Positions 1 to 12,983 of a stretch of DNA of 64,000 nucleotides are shown here, in pieces. The translations under genes were made by a program, and so were the position numbers. The notes under the pieces are model-generated. The model saw nothing but the letters and a program-made list of their open reading frames with translations, ran no database searches and had not been told where the DNA came from. The DNA comes from Hydrolagus affinis. Its lineage: Eukaryota. Position 1 is the first letter of the stretch; every line of letters starts with the position of its first letter. Where the stretch lies: contig JAAILG010001172.1 in NCBI GenBank assembly GCA_012026655.1, positions 1 to 64,000 of the forward strand, read 5' to 3'.

Positions 1-85
1 AAATCTGTGTACGTACTGTGAAATCTGGTGTCCATTTGTTTGAAGCAGAGTCAATGAATTGATTTTCTTCAAATAAATGCAGAGT

Positions 86-376
86 ATAATAATAATAATA
101 ATCCTTGCATTTGATATAGCGCTTTTCACATCTTATCGATGTCCCAAAGCGCTTCACAGAATATACTGTAAAGTGAATTGACTGTATATCTGTGGGCAAA
201 TCGCGGCAGCCAATTGCACACAGCAGAGTCCCGCAAACAGTCGTGGATTGAAATGACCAATTTTATTGTTGTGTTTTTTTTGGAGGGATTATTATTAGGT
301 GTGTGGAGTAAGGAAACTTGCCCAAGGTTTCACCCTGACCTGCTTGGATTTGAACGTAGGTCTCCCCATCTTGCAA
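86..376 (-). mobile_element. tRNA-derived Deu-domain SINE, young short form, head truncated
   Basis: Reverse complement of the 12984-13315 element, with (ATT)n tail, L2-like tail and Deu motif. Confidence 0.9.
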
Positions 377-1672
377 TGGTTGCAATTGCAACTATGCAAT
401 GGTTGGGTGGGATTGAATGAAAATTAATTTGTTGGTCACAAAAGAATCTTTCGTCGTGTTTATCAATCAGCTGTTTTTCCTCCCCGATGTTTGTTCAAAC
501 TTTTCTTGTCATTGTTGAAATGATTCGAAGGTTCGGCTTCACGTTTCTGTGAGAAAATGCCAAAGTGAGCAATTTTCTGCAGCCTCCGTCATCTAGGCAG
601 GCGTCTGTGTGAACCTTGTCCAAACCGAGGGCACCCGGGAAGGTCAAAAGACAGGAAGCCTTCAGGGTAGCTGTTTCAGCAGAAAGTCTCCTTTGCACAC
701 ATGAGATATTGAGCAGCTTGAGTGCTGGAATATTTAAATGTGCGCCAGCTATTCAACTGGCAATCACTCAAAACAAATCCTAGGCTGAACAATTGGCTGC
801 TGTGAGGACAGGAATCCTGATTGAACTTACCTAAATGAAAAAGGTTTTTTTATAAGCCTCTCTAATGCAAAATCCTTCAAAAGCGCCTATAGAAATAAGC
901 AAAATAAATGCTCTTATTATTATTCTGTAATCTGAAAATGTCCACATGTTGTCCTTGTTCTGCAGATTCGTGGTCTGTTTTCATTCAACTTTATGGAAAG
1001 ACAACTGGGAGCCAGGTTCTTTGATAGTAGAGCTATACAGTATTAACGAATGGTCATTTAATTTATTATACATATTATACTTACGCTGGGTCAGTAAATG
1101 CATTCTAAAATATATTTACATGATGTGAATACGTGATTGTTATGTGTGAGTCATGGAATCACCATAGGTATTAATTTAATGGCTTCTGGCTAAGCTAATT
1201 GTTAGGTGGTGCTGAGGTTGATAATACGCTAGGAATTGCTCACTAGAGCATCGCAGCAAAATCTTTAATCATTCAAACCACAGGCGGGTTCAAAAACTGT
1301 ATTTTATGCTTTTGTGACAGAACTTGTACTGGTCTACAAAATACATAGTCACTACACTTTGCATTAAAGCTAGTGAAGCACTTTCAGACATCTTCCTGAC
1401 ATGAACTGTACTACGTCCAAAGCACGTATTATTATAATTTTAATTATTATTATTAATAAATCATTCAGGCATTAATTGTAAATCTGCATCATGCAACGAG
1501 GATACATTTGTTTCAAAACAGATTAATTAGTTGAATTGAATAAAATATTTTCTATCATTGAGTATGAATGAACTAGTAAGGAGTTCATAAGAGTAGTTTG
1601 TGAATATAAGAAACTTCCTGAACTGAATGACGGAAGATTTTGAGAGGATGACATCCACAATAGGGTCAATGT

Positions 1673-1980
1673 GGAGTCCTGTAGCTCAGTAGTTAGAGCA
1701 AACGCCTTGCGAGCAAGAGCTCTGGGTTTAATTCTAGGCATGGTGAACCTTGGGCAAGTTTCCTTCCTCCACACGCCTAATAATAATCCTTCAAAAAAGA
1801 AACAATAATAAATCGGTCATTTTCAATCCACGACTGTTTGTGGGACACTGCTGTGTGCAATTGGCTGCCGCATTTCTCACACAAATATACAGTCAATCCA
1901 CTTTACATTATATTCTATGAAGTGCTTTGAGATGTCTAGAAGACGTGAAAAGCACTATATCAAATGCAAGGATTATTATT
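1673..1980 (+). mobile_element. tRNA-derived Deu-domain SINE, short form, full length
   Basis: A-box TAGCTCAGTAG, B-box-like GGTTTAATTC, motif GTTTGTGGGACACTGCTGTGTGCAATTGGCTGCC, tail GGATTATTATT. Confidence 0.9.
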
Positions 1981-2239
1981 AAATCATTGGATTAAACATT
2001 AAAGCACTAAAACAAGCCTGTTGGGTTTTCATGACTGAACTAGTGTTCTTCTCCACTTTTTTCAGTCAACTAGGTGTCTTGACACATAGGGCAACCTATC
2101 ATCATCTTTGAGAGTACAATATACCCCACCAGAGTGGGAGAATTTTACATGTGGAAATTAGCCTGAATCTGGAATGGAATACGAGCTCTCTCTAGAGAGG
2201 CTATTAACAAGGATTGATGAAAGCCAAAGCTTGTGAGTT

Positions 2240-2500
2240 TGAGTCTGTATTGCGGCACTGCTGGAATTTAACTAGTTAAAATTGGATAGATTGCCATTAA
2301 GAGCGTTGCACTTGTCCAGCTAGGACCCGCTAACCACTTGGGGCTGTGGCTTGCAGAGTTACTAGGAACCGAGTGGGAAAAATCTCTGCTCCCAGTTGTT
2401 TGCCCTCTGAGTCATGGCAATGAACCAGGCTGACTGATGTGACATCAACTTTGACCTGGAGAACTGTGGAGCCGTCTGGCTCAGGCACCGGACTTCCAAC
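2240..2500 (+). repeat. Old unclassified interspersed repeat, copy 1 of 5
   Basis: Aligns by eye with 19190-19345(+), 26790-27000(-), 29880-30050(+) and 46240-46440(-). Confidence 0.65.
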
Positions 2501-4038
2501 ACCAGCTCACAGGGTCACTCAATTACGACATTCATTCCAAAAGTTACTTTCCTTTAAAGTCTTGCTTTTACACTTTTAGGATTTGAAACTGGTTTTAATT
2601 TATTTTATTGGACCTACGAGCCACAGATAGGTCTTAGAGAAGTATTCTTTATGAAGCAATGAATTTGTTTTTTTGACTTTCACAATACAGTGCAGTCTGT
2701 AACAGCCTTGTGAAATCTTCATTTAACAGGCCAGCTGGAGTGGTATGTCTTCAGTGGCAGATGTAACTGATGTAACGAGCCAGCTCTGCCCATTAATTGT
2801 CTTGTTCAGTACTGCAGATCAATAATCAATGGTAATGGCAATAAAATCGTGAAACCTGCACAAAGAATAAAGGAGCATCTAACTCATGAAGAGGTATTGT
2901 GATGCAGAGATTTTAATGTGTGGAGAGACTTCCTTGATTAAAAAAAATAGAACTTTATAAAAACTTCATAAAACTCTATTCTGAGTTTTATAATGTTACC
3001 GCAATACACTGAAGGAAAATATGCTGCAGTGAAATTTAGACGTTATTTTTGTAGCCGAGTATACCAGCCTGGGAGGTAAGCAGCTAAATATCCTAGTCAA
3101 AGGGTCACCCAAGGATTTATCCAGTTACAGCTGGTGAGAATGAATACATCAGTAGCTCACATTTCCCTCTGATAAAGGTGCCTGGACAGTAACCTAACTG
3201 GATTGAAATTTTCACCAAACACCACATTTTCTATCTCCAGATGGATGCAAGGCATCCACTAGAGCTGAGAATAGTCTTGTTAGTCATTCGGGATTCATGT
3301 TATATAATAATAAAAATCCTTACTTTCAGGAGAATTAGATTGGGTGTAAACAGGCCTCCTCACAGTAGCATAAAATTAATCAACTAACAGATGTACTGAA
3401 AATGTGAAAATCGATTTGGGAAGGATTGCGAATGGCTTAAAAAAGTAGCCAACAAAAATAGCACTGTGGCAGAGCTCCAAAGCAGGAGTACAAAACACAC
3501 CCTCATATTTTGGCACTCAGTTGGCAGGCCTGATCTTACAGAAGGAGTGTTAACTAGTCACAGACCTAAGACCTGAAATTTCGCACAGTTGTAGCCTTCA
3601 GACCATTGTCTTAAAATGTAAGACTGTAGGCAATGTTGTAAATTTTTTAAGTTACATTTTCATTTGGTAGTTGGTTTACTGCAGTTTTAAAAAAAATAAT
3701 CTTAAATTATTAAGGAAAATGTTTCTGATAACCTTCACCATCACGAGACTTAGGATTTGAGCTAAACTGGTTAGAAATGCAATGCCGAAATGGCTACAGA
3801 GGCAGAATTCATTGGGAATTTTAAAAGGGAGATGGATAGATACTTGGCAAATAAGGATATTAATGGGTATAGTGAAAATTCAGGAAAATAAAATGAGAAG
3901 ATTTAGTTTAATTCACTTGGTGACCTGTGAAGCTGTACTCTACACTAGCTCCGAAGTGATGAATATGAGCTGAGCAAACCTATTGCTGAATGAAAATACA
4001 AGATAACTGCAAAAATGTTTATAACAGAAAGCTTTCAT

Positions 4039-4590
4039 GGAATCCTGTATCTCAGTGGTTAGAACACTTGCCTCACAAGTGAGAGACCAGGGTTCGATTC
4101 TCAGCAGGGCAAAACCTTGGGCAGGTTTCCTTACTCTACATGCCTGATAATCCCTCAAGAAAGAAAAACAATAATAAATTGGTAATTTCAATCCACGAAT
4201 GTTTGTGGGATACTGCTGTTGCGCAATTGGCTGCTGCGTTTCGCCCACAAATATACAGTCAATTCACTTAACAGTATATTCTATGAAGCACTTTGAAACT
4301 TCTAGAAAGAGTGAAAAGCTGTATATGTGCGGCACAAAATGAGGCCATTCGGCCCATCGAGTCTGCGCCGGCTCTTTGAAAAGAGCAACTCAATCCCACT
4401 GCCCAGCTCTCTCCCCATAACTGCGCAAACCCGTCCTCCCCAAATAAACGTCCACCTCTCTTTTAAAAGTTGTTATCGAATCGGCCTCCACCACCTTTAC
4501 AGGCAATGCATTCCAGGTTCGAACAAATTGCTGAGTGAAAAAATTTCTCCTCACCTCCCCTCTGATATAAAAAGAAAGGATTATTATTAT
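4039..4590 (+). mobile_element. SINE (short form) interrupted in its tail by a CR1 fragment
   Basis: SINE body 4039-4326; the tail resumes at 4565 (ATATAAAAAGAAAGGATTATTATT). Confidence 0.85.
4327..4564 (-). mobile_element. CR1 LINE 3' end nested in a SINE
   Basis: GAGGCCATTCGGCCCATCGAGTCTG and GCATTCCAG motifs shared with 37151+ and 42915+; flanked by ATAT on both sides. Confidence 0.85.
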
Positions 4591-5259
4591 CTGGACACAA
4601 CCAGTGTGCCATCATATAAAGGAAGAATTCACACTTGTTGAATGAGTGGAAAACGTGATGTCTCAAAGCAGATTCCATAACAGACAATTGTTGAATTTGT
4701 TATAGAATTGCATTTTTGAGCCCAGTGTTTCCTGTCATTTCAGGCTTGTTAGCTATCATGGTGGGTTTTGAATCAGCTTCAGCGGTCAATAAAGGTTTAT
4801 GCCTTGATCATTGATCACTCCACCCTTCTCTGACAGAGCAATACGAAGGAGCACTCTTACATTCTTACCCAACTCGTCTCTGAGTCTAATTTAGCTCAAG
4901 GGATTGTCATTCTATACTTCCAGCCTGTTTCACACAGGTCACAAATGTAACTTAGATGGATTCCACTGGCAAATGTTAAGTGGCCCTCTGTGCTGCTGAA
5001 CTGAGGGATTTATGAAATAAGTCAACTGTCTGGGTCCTGTGGGAACGAACGACAGTCAAAAAAATGTAGTTACAAACTGACTAGTGTAAAATATCCACTG
5101 CTGCTACCAGCTGGGAGGAAAGATGCCTCCTGCTGCCAAAATGAAAGGCTATCCATCAAGAGCTATAGCGTTGCGACCAATTTTAATTGTAGATACTATA
5201 TAGGGAAGAGGACAGCGGAGGGTAATACAATGTGGTAATACAAAACTGACTTTTACTCC

Positions 5260-7630
5260 AAAGTCATTTTGGAGGCAAACAATAATCCAAAGACACTGTC
5301 CATCACCTCCCTCATAGACCCTCTCAAGCTCCCTCTATCCTCACATCAGATGCAAAGTGTGAAAAGGTCCTAGACTTCCTCACCTCAAAAATCTAAAACA
5401 TCCGTTTGGCTGCATCGTCCTCCTATCCCACTTCCTCAGCCTCCTCCACCCACCCACCCCCTTCTACTCCACCTAGACCTCCCACGTTAACTTCTCCCTT
5501 CACCATGGCTCCTACCACTCCCTCCTCCCTGCACGCCCTTACCCCCATTTCTCCCTCCTCCCTCTCAACCACAATCACCCGGATGAAGTTCACCACCTTT
5601 GACCACCCCCTCCCCACCCAGCTGCTGGTCTCTCAACTCACCCTCTTCTTCCCCTGCTGGCCAACATGGTCAAGCAGTCTCTCCTCAGGCTCTGTTCCAC
5701 TCCCACTGAAAACCAGAGACACGCTTGTCAAAGTCAGAAATGATGCCCTCTCTATCTGGGACCAGGGCTCCCTCAGCCTCCTTGTCCTCCTGGATCTCTC
5801 TGCCATGATCAACATAGTTGACTGCAACAATCCTTCTCCACCGCCTCTCCTCCCCCATCTAACTTACTGGGACCGCATTCACATGGTTCGAGTCCGACTT
5901 AATCAACTGCCTCCATGTCATCTCAGCAAACGATTTTTCCTCCCGCCCCCACCTGGTCACCTGTGGGGTCCCAGGGCTCCATCCTTGACCCCCTTCTTTT
6001 CATTGTCAATATGCTTCATGTGTGTGATGTCATCCACAGACATGTAAGTGGATGACACACAAATCTATTTCGCCTCCTCCAGCATTGACTCCAGGTCTGC
6101 CGATGTTCTATCAGCTTGTCTGGCAGACACCAGGGTCTGGGTGAATGTAAACTTTATGCCACCCGGTGTGGAGAGCACTATATAAATGCAAGTTGTTGTT
6201 GTAAGCTTCCTGCAGCTGAATGTGGACAAAACAGAAGCCATACTCCTTGGCTCCCGTCAAAATTTTCACTCCTATGGTTCTAAACTCTTCAATCTCCCTG
6301 GCCTCTCCCTCAGACTCACCAAACCAGTGGACAATCAAGACGTCCGGTTTGACCCCCAGCTGTCCTTCCTCCCCCAAATCCAGTTGCTTTCCAACATGAA
6401 AGGCGCTATACAAGTGCAATTTTGTTGTTGTTGTCACTGACCGGGACAGCCTTCTTCCACCTCCGCCACATTACCTGCCTCTGACCGTACCTTACCACAA
6501 ATGCAGCCGAAACCCTCATGTATGCATTTGTCACCTCCCAGTTGGATTACACCAACGCACTCCTCACCGGTCTCCCAGCTCTACCATCTAAGCGGAGATG
6601 GAAAGACTGGGAGCGAATGGAGCATGGTGAGGACTTGTAAGGTCTGGCATGGGTGAAGATGTGGGCAGTGGAGTTTTGGATTAAGTTGAAGTTTCTGGCT
6701 GGTGGAGCCAGGGAGATCAGCGAAGAGTACTTTAGACAATTCCAGCTGGTAGGTGATAAAGGTTTTGGTGGCATTTAAAGATATTTTGGGGGTCAGCTAG
6801 ATGTTTTGACATCTGCAGAAACCCATCACCATGCTTAAGACTATCCAAACCAAAAAGTTCCATTCTTCCCACCTACACTTGTAAATTTCAGGGATATTTA
6901 TTGAAATTTCCAAACTACTGAGTCTGGCACAGAGGTTGGCTCATGTTTTGCCCACAAATATACAGTCGGTTTTCCTGCTCTCCTTCCCCCTACCCTGACT
7001 CCTTGCCTTACCCTCTTTCTCCCCTAACCTCACTTCCACGACTGTTTGTGGGGCACTGTTATGCGCAATTTGGCTGCCGCGTTTTGCCCACAAATATACA
7101 GTAAATTTTCCTACTCTCCTTCCCCCTACCCCGACCACTCCCCCCCCTCCCCCCCCCGCTCTGGTCCCTATCTGACTGTTCAGTGCCTTGGGATGTCCTC
7201 CTGACGTGAAAGGCACTATATAAATGTAATTTTGATTTTGATTGATTGATTGATCCAGCTGATTCAGAACTCTGCCACCCACATACAGACCTGGGCCAAA
7301 CTCCATAGCCACATCACACCAGTTCTGGCCAGGCTCCACTGGCTCCCCATCACCGAATGGATCCTCACAGTTGTTTTCAAATCCACTCACTCTCTGGCAC
7401 CCAGCTACCTTTCGGAACTCCAAACTTCCCAAACCAAAATCCGGAGCCTCCGCTCAATTGGCACCAGCCTCCTGCTCATCTCTCGCACCCTTCTCCCCCT
7501 TATTGGAGGTCGCGCTTTCAGCCACTCTGCCTTCACACTCTGGAACACTCTCCCTCAATCCCTCTGCCTTTCACCTTCTCTCCCCCTTTTCAGGTCCTGC
7601 CTAAAAATCTTCCTCTTTGACTGTGCTTGA
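5260..7630 (+). mobile_element. Decayed L2 LINE (ORF2 RT to 3' end) with several nested insertions
   Basis: Broken frames with TLVKVRND..SLLVLLDLSA, FLQLNVDKTEAILLG and IQNSA..HITPVLARLHWLP..RAFSHSAFTLWNTLP. Interrupted at ~6140-6200, ~6383-6435 and ~6590-7250. Confidence 0.88.
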
Positions 7631-8706
7631 CAGCTTATTGGTGAGAGTATGGATACAGAATTGAATGCAAGGGAATGCAACACAGTGTATCTTGATTAGG
7701 ATGAGCTGTTTATTTGTATCTTAGGACCCACCCCACTTAACCCTGCGCGGCTACAATAAGGCCATATCTTCCATTGTTCCTCAGCAGGTGGGGAAAGCCA
7801 CACTAACAGGTAGCAAATGGGTTTGAATTTTAAAGTAATTTTTAAAAAATTGAATTTAGTCATTTCTGCAGAATGTAAGCTTCCTACCGTAATTCTGAAA
7901 AATATTCATAGAATCATAGGATCTTCCAACACAGAAGTAGACCATTTGGTCCATTGTGCCTGTGCCACCTCTTTGAAAGAGCTACCAACTTCCACTTCCC
8001 CACATTACCCCATAGCCCTGCAAATGGCACAAGATGCATTGGGTTTTCAGGGTTTGGGTGGAGAGAACACACATTTACTAAGACACTGAACACAACTGTA
8101 CTGGTCTTGGGTTTATACTAGCTCTGAAGTTGACATTGCAAACTGAGGTAATGTAGTTTAACTTTGGTTACAGTTTATAATGTATCAAAATATTTTCAAA
8201 TATAATCTTGATTGGTGTGCACTGCAGTATACACTCTGTGTTCATACGTGTCTTCCGTTTGTTAAATATTCTTAATTTATTATTAAGATAGATTAACTAC
8301 ATGCCAGTTTGAACAAATGCGATTTGTTAGTGTTTGTAACGTTGGGTATAGTGATTCTTAACATAATGCTCTTTAAATTATATACACTAGGAACTACACC
8401 TGTGAAATATAAAATCTTCCATCTGTTTTAACTCTACTTACTGTTTGAGGCGAGATATATGAAAGAGGGAACATTCTGCAGGACTGTAATCACGCAGGAT
8501 TTAAAATTACTTTTTGCACAGAGGTTAATGATTATCTTAATGGCCTTGCCTGCTACACATAGTTTTGCTGCACTCAGCAAAGAATAGATCACAGTTTTAA
8601 GAAGAGACTATGGAACTAAAATAGAATTGTTGGTCAGCCTTGATGTGAGGTTAACATTGGGACTGCTATTTTCAATGTGGTAATGCTATTTTTTCTCTCT
8701 GTATAG

Positions 8707-8932
8707 GAATACCAGCTTTGTAACACAAACCCCTGCACTGAGCTGAAGAAGACCACTCCGTGGACTCCGTGGACACCTGTTAACATCTCAGACAATGGAG
8801 GTCATTATGAGCAAAGGTTCAGGTACACATGCAAAGCACGTCTGGAAGACCCAAACTTGCTGGATGTTGGTCGGCAAAGGATAGAGATGCGTTATTGCTC
8901 AAGTGATGGATCTACTGGCTGTTCTACAGGAG
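8707..8932 (+). CDS. sema5a: Semaphorin-5A coding exon (TSR region; first exon visible in the window)
   Basis: Acceptor TAG|GAA and donor G|GTGAGT. Translates EYQLCNTNPCTELKKTTPWTPWTPVNISDNGGHYEQRFRYTCKARLEDPNLLDVGRQRIEMRYCSSDGSTGCSTG, near-identical to the recalled vertebrate SEMA5A sequence. 226 nt, phase 0-1. Not in the ORF track. Confidence 0.96.
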
Positions 8933-9245
8933 GTGAGTGGACAGACAAAATCCCAAATCCTGAGAACTATGAGAAATTATAATCAGATAATTTCAAGAAA
9001 TTAGATTATCTTTTGTTAATTTTTGTTTGGATTCACTTTCTTAAATCTTAACTAAACATCAAGAGTAGGATTCCAGAAATTATATTACAGAGCACCTCAG
9101 GTATCTATATCAAATTTGACACTTAATATCATTACTAAAACTGTAAGTGATGTGGAAGGCTAGGCTTTATATCTTACTGTGATAATGTGTTTGAAAGATA
9201 TTGGAATTTAAAAGAAATAATTTCACATGGAATTTCTCCAGCCAT

Positions 9246-9400
9246 TAATAATAATCCTTGTATTTGATACAGAATTGTACCATGTTGTCAAAACATCTCA
9301 AGTTTTTCACAGGACTTTTACTGTGAAGTGTAGTGACTGTGTATTTGTAGACAAATGAGGTAGCTATTTGCACCAGCAAGATCCCACAAACAGCCATGAG
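9246..9400 (-). mobile_element. Diverged SINE 3' part
   Basis: (AAT)n-CCTTGTATTTGATA...GATCCCACAAACAGC. Confidence 0.7.
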
Positions 9401-10310
9401 CCATATAAATTCAGTGAACCCATCACCCCTATCCTAGCGTAGTTCCTGGCGCCCAGCTCTCAACAGATTGGGTTCATAATCCTTGACCTCACTTTCAAAG
9501 CCTTTCATTGGTTGGTTAAATACCCACTTGACATTGAGAAAATAGTTGGTGGCCATTTGAGGCACTTCAATCCCAGACTAAATCATTTTGAAAGTGTTAT
9601 TTTTCAAATCGAGCACTTTATTTTGTGTATGTTATGTACAGACTGGTAGCGATTTGTTTCTTTGGCATTTCTGCCATTGTTACTTCACTTTAGTTACAGT
9701 GCTTAGAGGTTTACAAGAGACTTGAACAGTGATTGAAACAGGGGACTATTGGGTTTATTTTTCTTTTTTGCTAACCAGCCTGTACTACGTTTCAAGGCAC
9801 AACTATGGAAGCCATTTATATCTTTAAGAAGGGAGTTAGAAGCTCTTTAAAATCAACAAAGTATAGAATAGTTTTCTTTAAATTATGAACGCGATATTCC
9901 ATTGCATTGCTGAGCGGTTGTGATAATATTAAATGAATAGTGCCAATAAGGCCTGCTTTAGTCCTAAAAATACATTTGATACTTTATTTTGGCACAAGGA
10001 ATGTGTCCAGAAAAATATTGGCTTCCTTAAACCGGCTTTATTCAGCAATCCATCGCAAATGGAGAAATTATTCTCCTGAAACAGTATCCAGTTGAGTTTG
10101 ACCTGTGGCTAAAGCATTCCACATGTTGTGAGGAATATACTGTTTTATAATTGGAACCTTATATTTGGGATGTTTTACTTGGGCTCCTTGATGAATGGAA
10201 TAAAATTACCTTCCTCCTCGCTTTCTTCCTAGGTAAGCTGGTTTTCTATTAGATTGCCATTTTTTATGCTTTCGTTCCTCTCTCATTTTCTTTGACTTTG
10301 TTTCTGACAG

Positions 10311-10529
10311 GGCTCTCTGGGAACATCTTACGATCTGGTAGGTTTAACCCTCGCACAGTGGACGGTGGCTGGTCTGCCTGGCTGCCATGGACACAATGCA
10401 ACAGAGACTGTAACAAAGGGATTCGAAGCCGCAAACGCATGTGCAACAATCCTGAGCCGAAGAGCGGAGGATTTCCCTGCTTGGGACCATCGTTAGAATA
10501 TCAGGAGTGTAACACCACGCCTTGCCCAG
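10311..10529 (+). CDS. sema5a: Semaphorin-5A exon, TSP1 repeat
   Basis: Acceptor CAG|GG after a long pyrimidine tract; donor G|GTCAGG (weak). Encodes GLSGNILRSGRFNPRTVDGGWSAWLPWTQCNRDCNKGIRSRKRMCNNPEPKSGGFPCLGPSLEYQECNTTPCP. 219 nt, phase 1-1. Confidence 0.96.
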
Positions 10530-10898
10530 GTCAGGAAATCAAAATGGATTGAAATTGATGTCCTCTTTCTAAGGATACTGACCTAGTTAGCAAGTCTTAG
10601 CCTCAAAATGGCACAATACTCTTCACTTATCTCTTCTTTGTCAAATCTACTGAATGGCTCCAACAAAAGGGGTTAGATGTTGAGGGTTTATTAGATCAGT
10701 CAAATTAGCGATCTTTGTGTTGCTTGTTTAGAAAAAAAACTCCTGTCGTAAATGTGTTGAGGAAACATTCCTGGTATTCAGACTCGGGCCGGGTTTAAAT
10801 CCTGAAGGTATAATATTGACCTGATGGCCCTTCCTCCTTTTAAGAAAATGACCTCCCTATTGTGGTGAAAATTGGGAAAAAATTTGATCAATGAGCCT

Positions 10899-10975
10899 AC
10901 AACAACAACAACAAAATTACATTTGTATAGCGCCTTTCACGTCAGGAGGATGTCCCAATGCGCTGGACAGTCAGC
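10899..10975 (-). mobile_element. L2 3' tail micro-insertion
   Basis: (AAC)n-AAAATTACATTTGTATAGCGCCTTTCACGTCAGGAGGATGTCCCAA. Confidence 0.85.
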
Positions 10976-11852
10976 CTAATCGATAACGGAGAACAGTTTG
11001 ACATTGTGAAATCCTGGGTGGGAGGGAGGGCGTTCATAGGATTAACATACAAAAATCTGAGTTAAGATAGTGTCCCACGTTACAGCTTTGGTACCTATGC
11101 TATTTGGCAGACCAATGGCTACTGGGGACAGTTTGAGATCCAACTACTAAGGTGAAGTCCTGGCCAATTATCAATGGTCCAATTGATTACATTCATCAAT
11201 GATATGATAATTAACAAGTACACAGTACAATTTTCACCTCATCAACTTTTTATTACAAAACCTCAGCCAACAGAATTTCCCTTAACATGAAGAAACAAGT
11301 AAGAGGTGAAGTGCACTCCTAATTGTTTGAGACACGACTAGGCCACATACTCAGAGGTGGCAATCATGCTATCCCTCCTTACCCAATTATCCTGAAGTGA
11401 TCTCCAGCTAGCCAGCTGCTCCAAAATGCCTCACCCAATTTCCAGGGAAATGTCTCTCAACCAGTTTGCAAGAAAAACTAATCATAAGTAGATTTTCATT
11501 AGTGACAGACTTTGAAAGACTGATTGAATTGGCAAGAAAACAAGGCGCTGCGTGAGCTGCAATGTGGAGCACAGATGGTTGCCAGTTGCAACAAAGAAAG
11601 ATGAAAGCAACCTCAAAGCTTTTGTATTTTTTTTGTAAGACAGCATGGCAATGTGAGACACATATGTACTTTATTTAACATGAAAAGTAGTAAAACTTTA
11701 GATGTTGAGAAGGTAAAACTTGCCCCACCCTATATTGGTTCTGCCCAAACTTCCACCTAAAGTGTTTTGTAGGATTCTGACTGTGTTTATGTGTTGCTGA
11801 TGAATATTTATTAATTTCTACCCTGCAAATCTATGCTTTATGAAGGGTGCTA

Positions 11853-12320
11853 CCCGAGCCCCCACAGCCTCCTGCAGGCTGACCACGTCCCACTAACCCG
11901 CCGTCTCACGTCTTAGCGTGCGCATTTTGGCTGTCACTCTAGACCTGAGCTGGCCCTCCCTCAAAATGCCCCCCTCCCTCCAACTCTCCCGCTCTGTCCT
12001 GCTCTCTCTCTGCCCTCTACACCCTAGTCGACCACCCCGCAGCCTCCCTCTGCTCCAGCTTAGGAATCCTCCGCCGGGCTCCCCGTGGCACTCAGCATTG
12101 GCTGTCCAGCAGCAGCCACACTGACTGCCCCATTCCCCATCACCTCCAAAAGCCACGCTGGACCCAGACCCCGGGGGCTAACCTCTCCTCCCTCATCCGC
12201 ATCCTTTGCCAACCAATCCACTAACCCTTCCCATCCCACACATCCCCCTGCCAACTGTCCCCTCCGCATCATCCTCCCAACAATAAAAGGTGCTCTATAA
12301 AGCTAATTTTTGTGTTTGCT
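11853..12320 (+). mobile_element. L2-like 5' region joined directly to an L2 3' tail (internally deleted element)
   Basis: C-rich block reading GANLSSLIRI and PLRIIL (resembles the start of L2 ORF2), then AAAGGTGCTCTATAAAGCTAATTTTTGTGTTTG. Confidence 0.5.
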
Positions 12321-12714
12321 TCTAACTGCAAGTTGTTGTTCAATAATTTCAACTCCTTATAGGCCAAGATGGTTGAAACGTAGGAGCCTCAGGATATTCT
12401 GTTGCAGAAAATTAGTATTCTGCTTTTCTTTCGCCTTTTTTGCTTCACTTTGCTCCACGCTACTCCTTGTCTTCTTGAAAAAAAGGCACGAAGGACGCTA
12501 TCCAAATGCTATTTTGTTGCTTTGTTGTTGTACTCTCCTGAAGGTTTTAAACTTCATTTTCCTTTTCAAATGACAAGCCATCCACCAGAACACAATAGCC
12601 TTTATTTACATATGAGCCTGGACAGCAAGTGTTGTAAAGTTATTTGAATGCAAGGGATATTGAAGCCAACATCATTCCTTTCCTTGTACATTAATTTTCC
12701 TGGAGAGCTTTCAG

Positions 12715-12830
12715 AATAATAATAATGATCCTTACTTTTGGTATAGCATCTTTCATGTCATGAGGACTTTCCAAAGCGCTTCACAGCATATATATTCTAA
12801 AGTGGAATGATCGTGTGTGTTTTGGGGGGA
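12715..12830 (-). mobile_element. SINE 3' tail fragment
   Basis: (AAT)n...CCAAAGCGCTTCACAG...TAAAGTG. Confidence 0.75.
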
Positions 12831-12983
12831 ATCCTGTCTGATATTTATTCCACTGTTTAACCCACCATAATCTAAGGACCATTTATTGCATTCCTGCTGC
12901 CATTGAGGCTAACTCAGCACAGACTGGGATTCCAACCTGGTCTGTGCGGCTGAGTGATGCATTGGGCACTAAACAGAACCAGT

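Noticed and set aside
5406-6047. 213-aa ORF and other long Pro/Ser-rich ORFs (13788-14309, 15389-15868, 57963-58750)
   Set aside because: They lie within decayed L2 copies; these are C-rich alternative frames or frameshifted RT fragments, not host genes.
1-8706. Possible further sema5a exons upstream
   Set aside because: I found no segment encoding the preceding TSR with splice sites; that exon is probably before the window, though a by-eye miss is possible.
12353-12386. CTCC-TTATA-GGCCA-AGA-TGGTT-GAAACGTA-GGAG, shaped like a minimal hammerhead
   Set aside because: The CUGANGA box is absent (CTTATA); at best a dead remnant and not distinguishable from chance.
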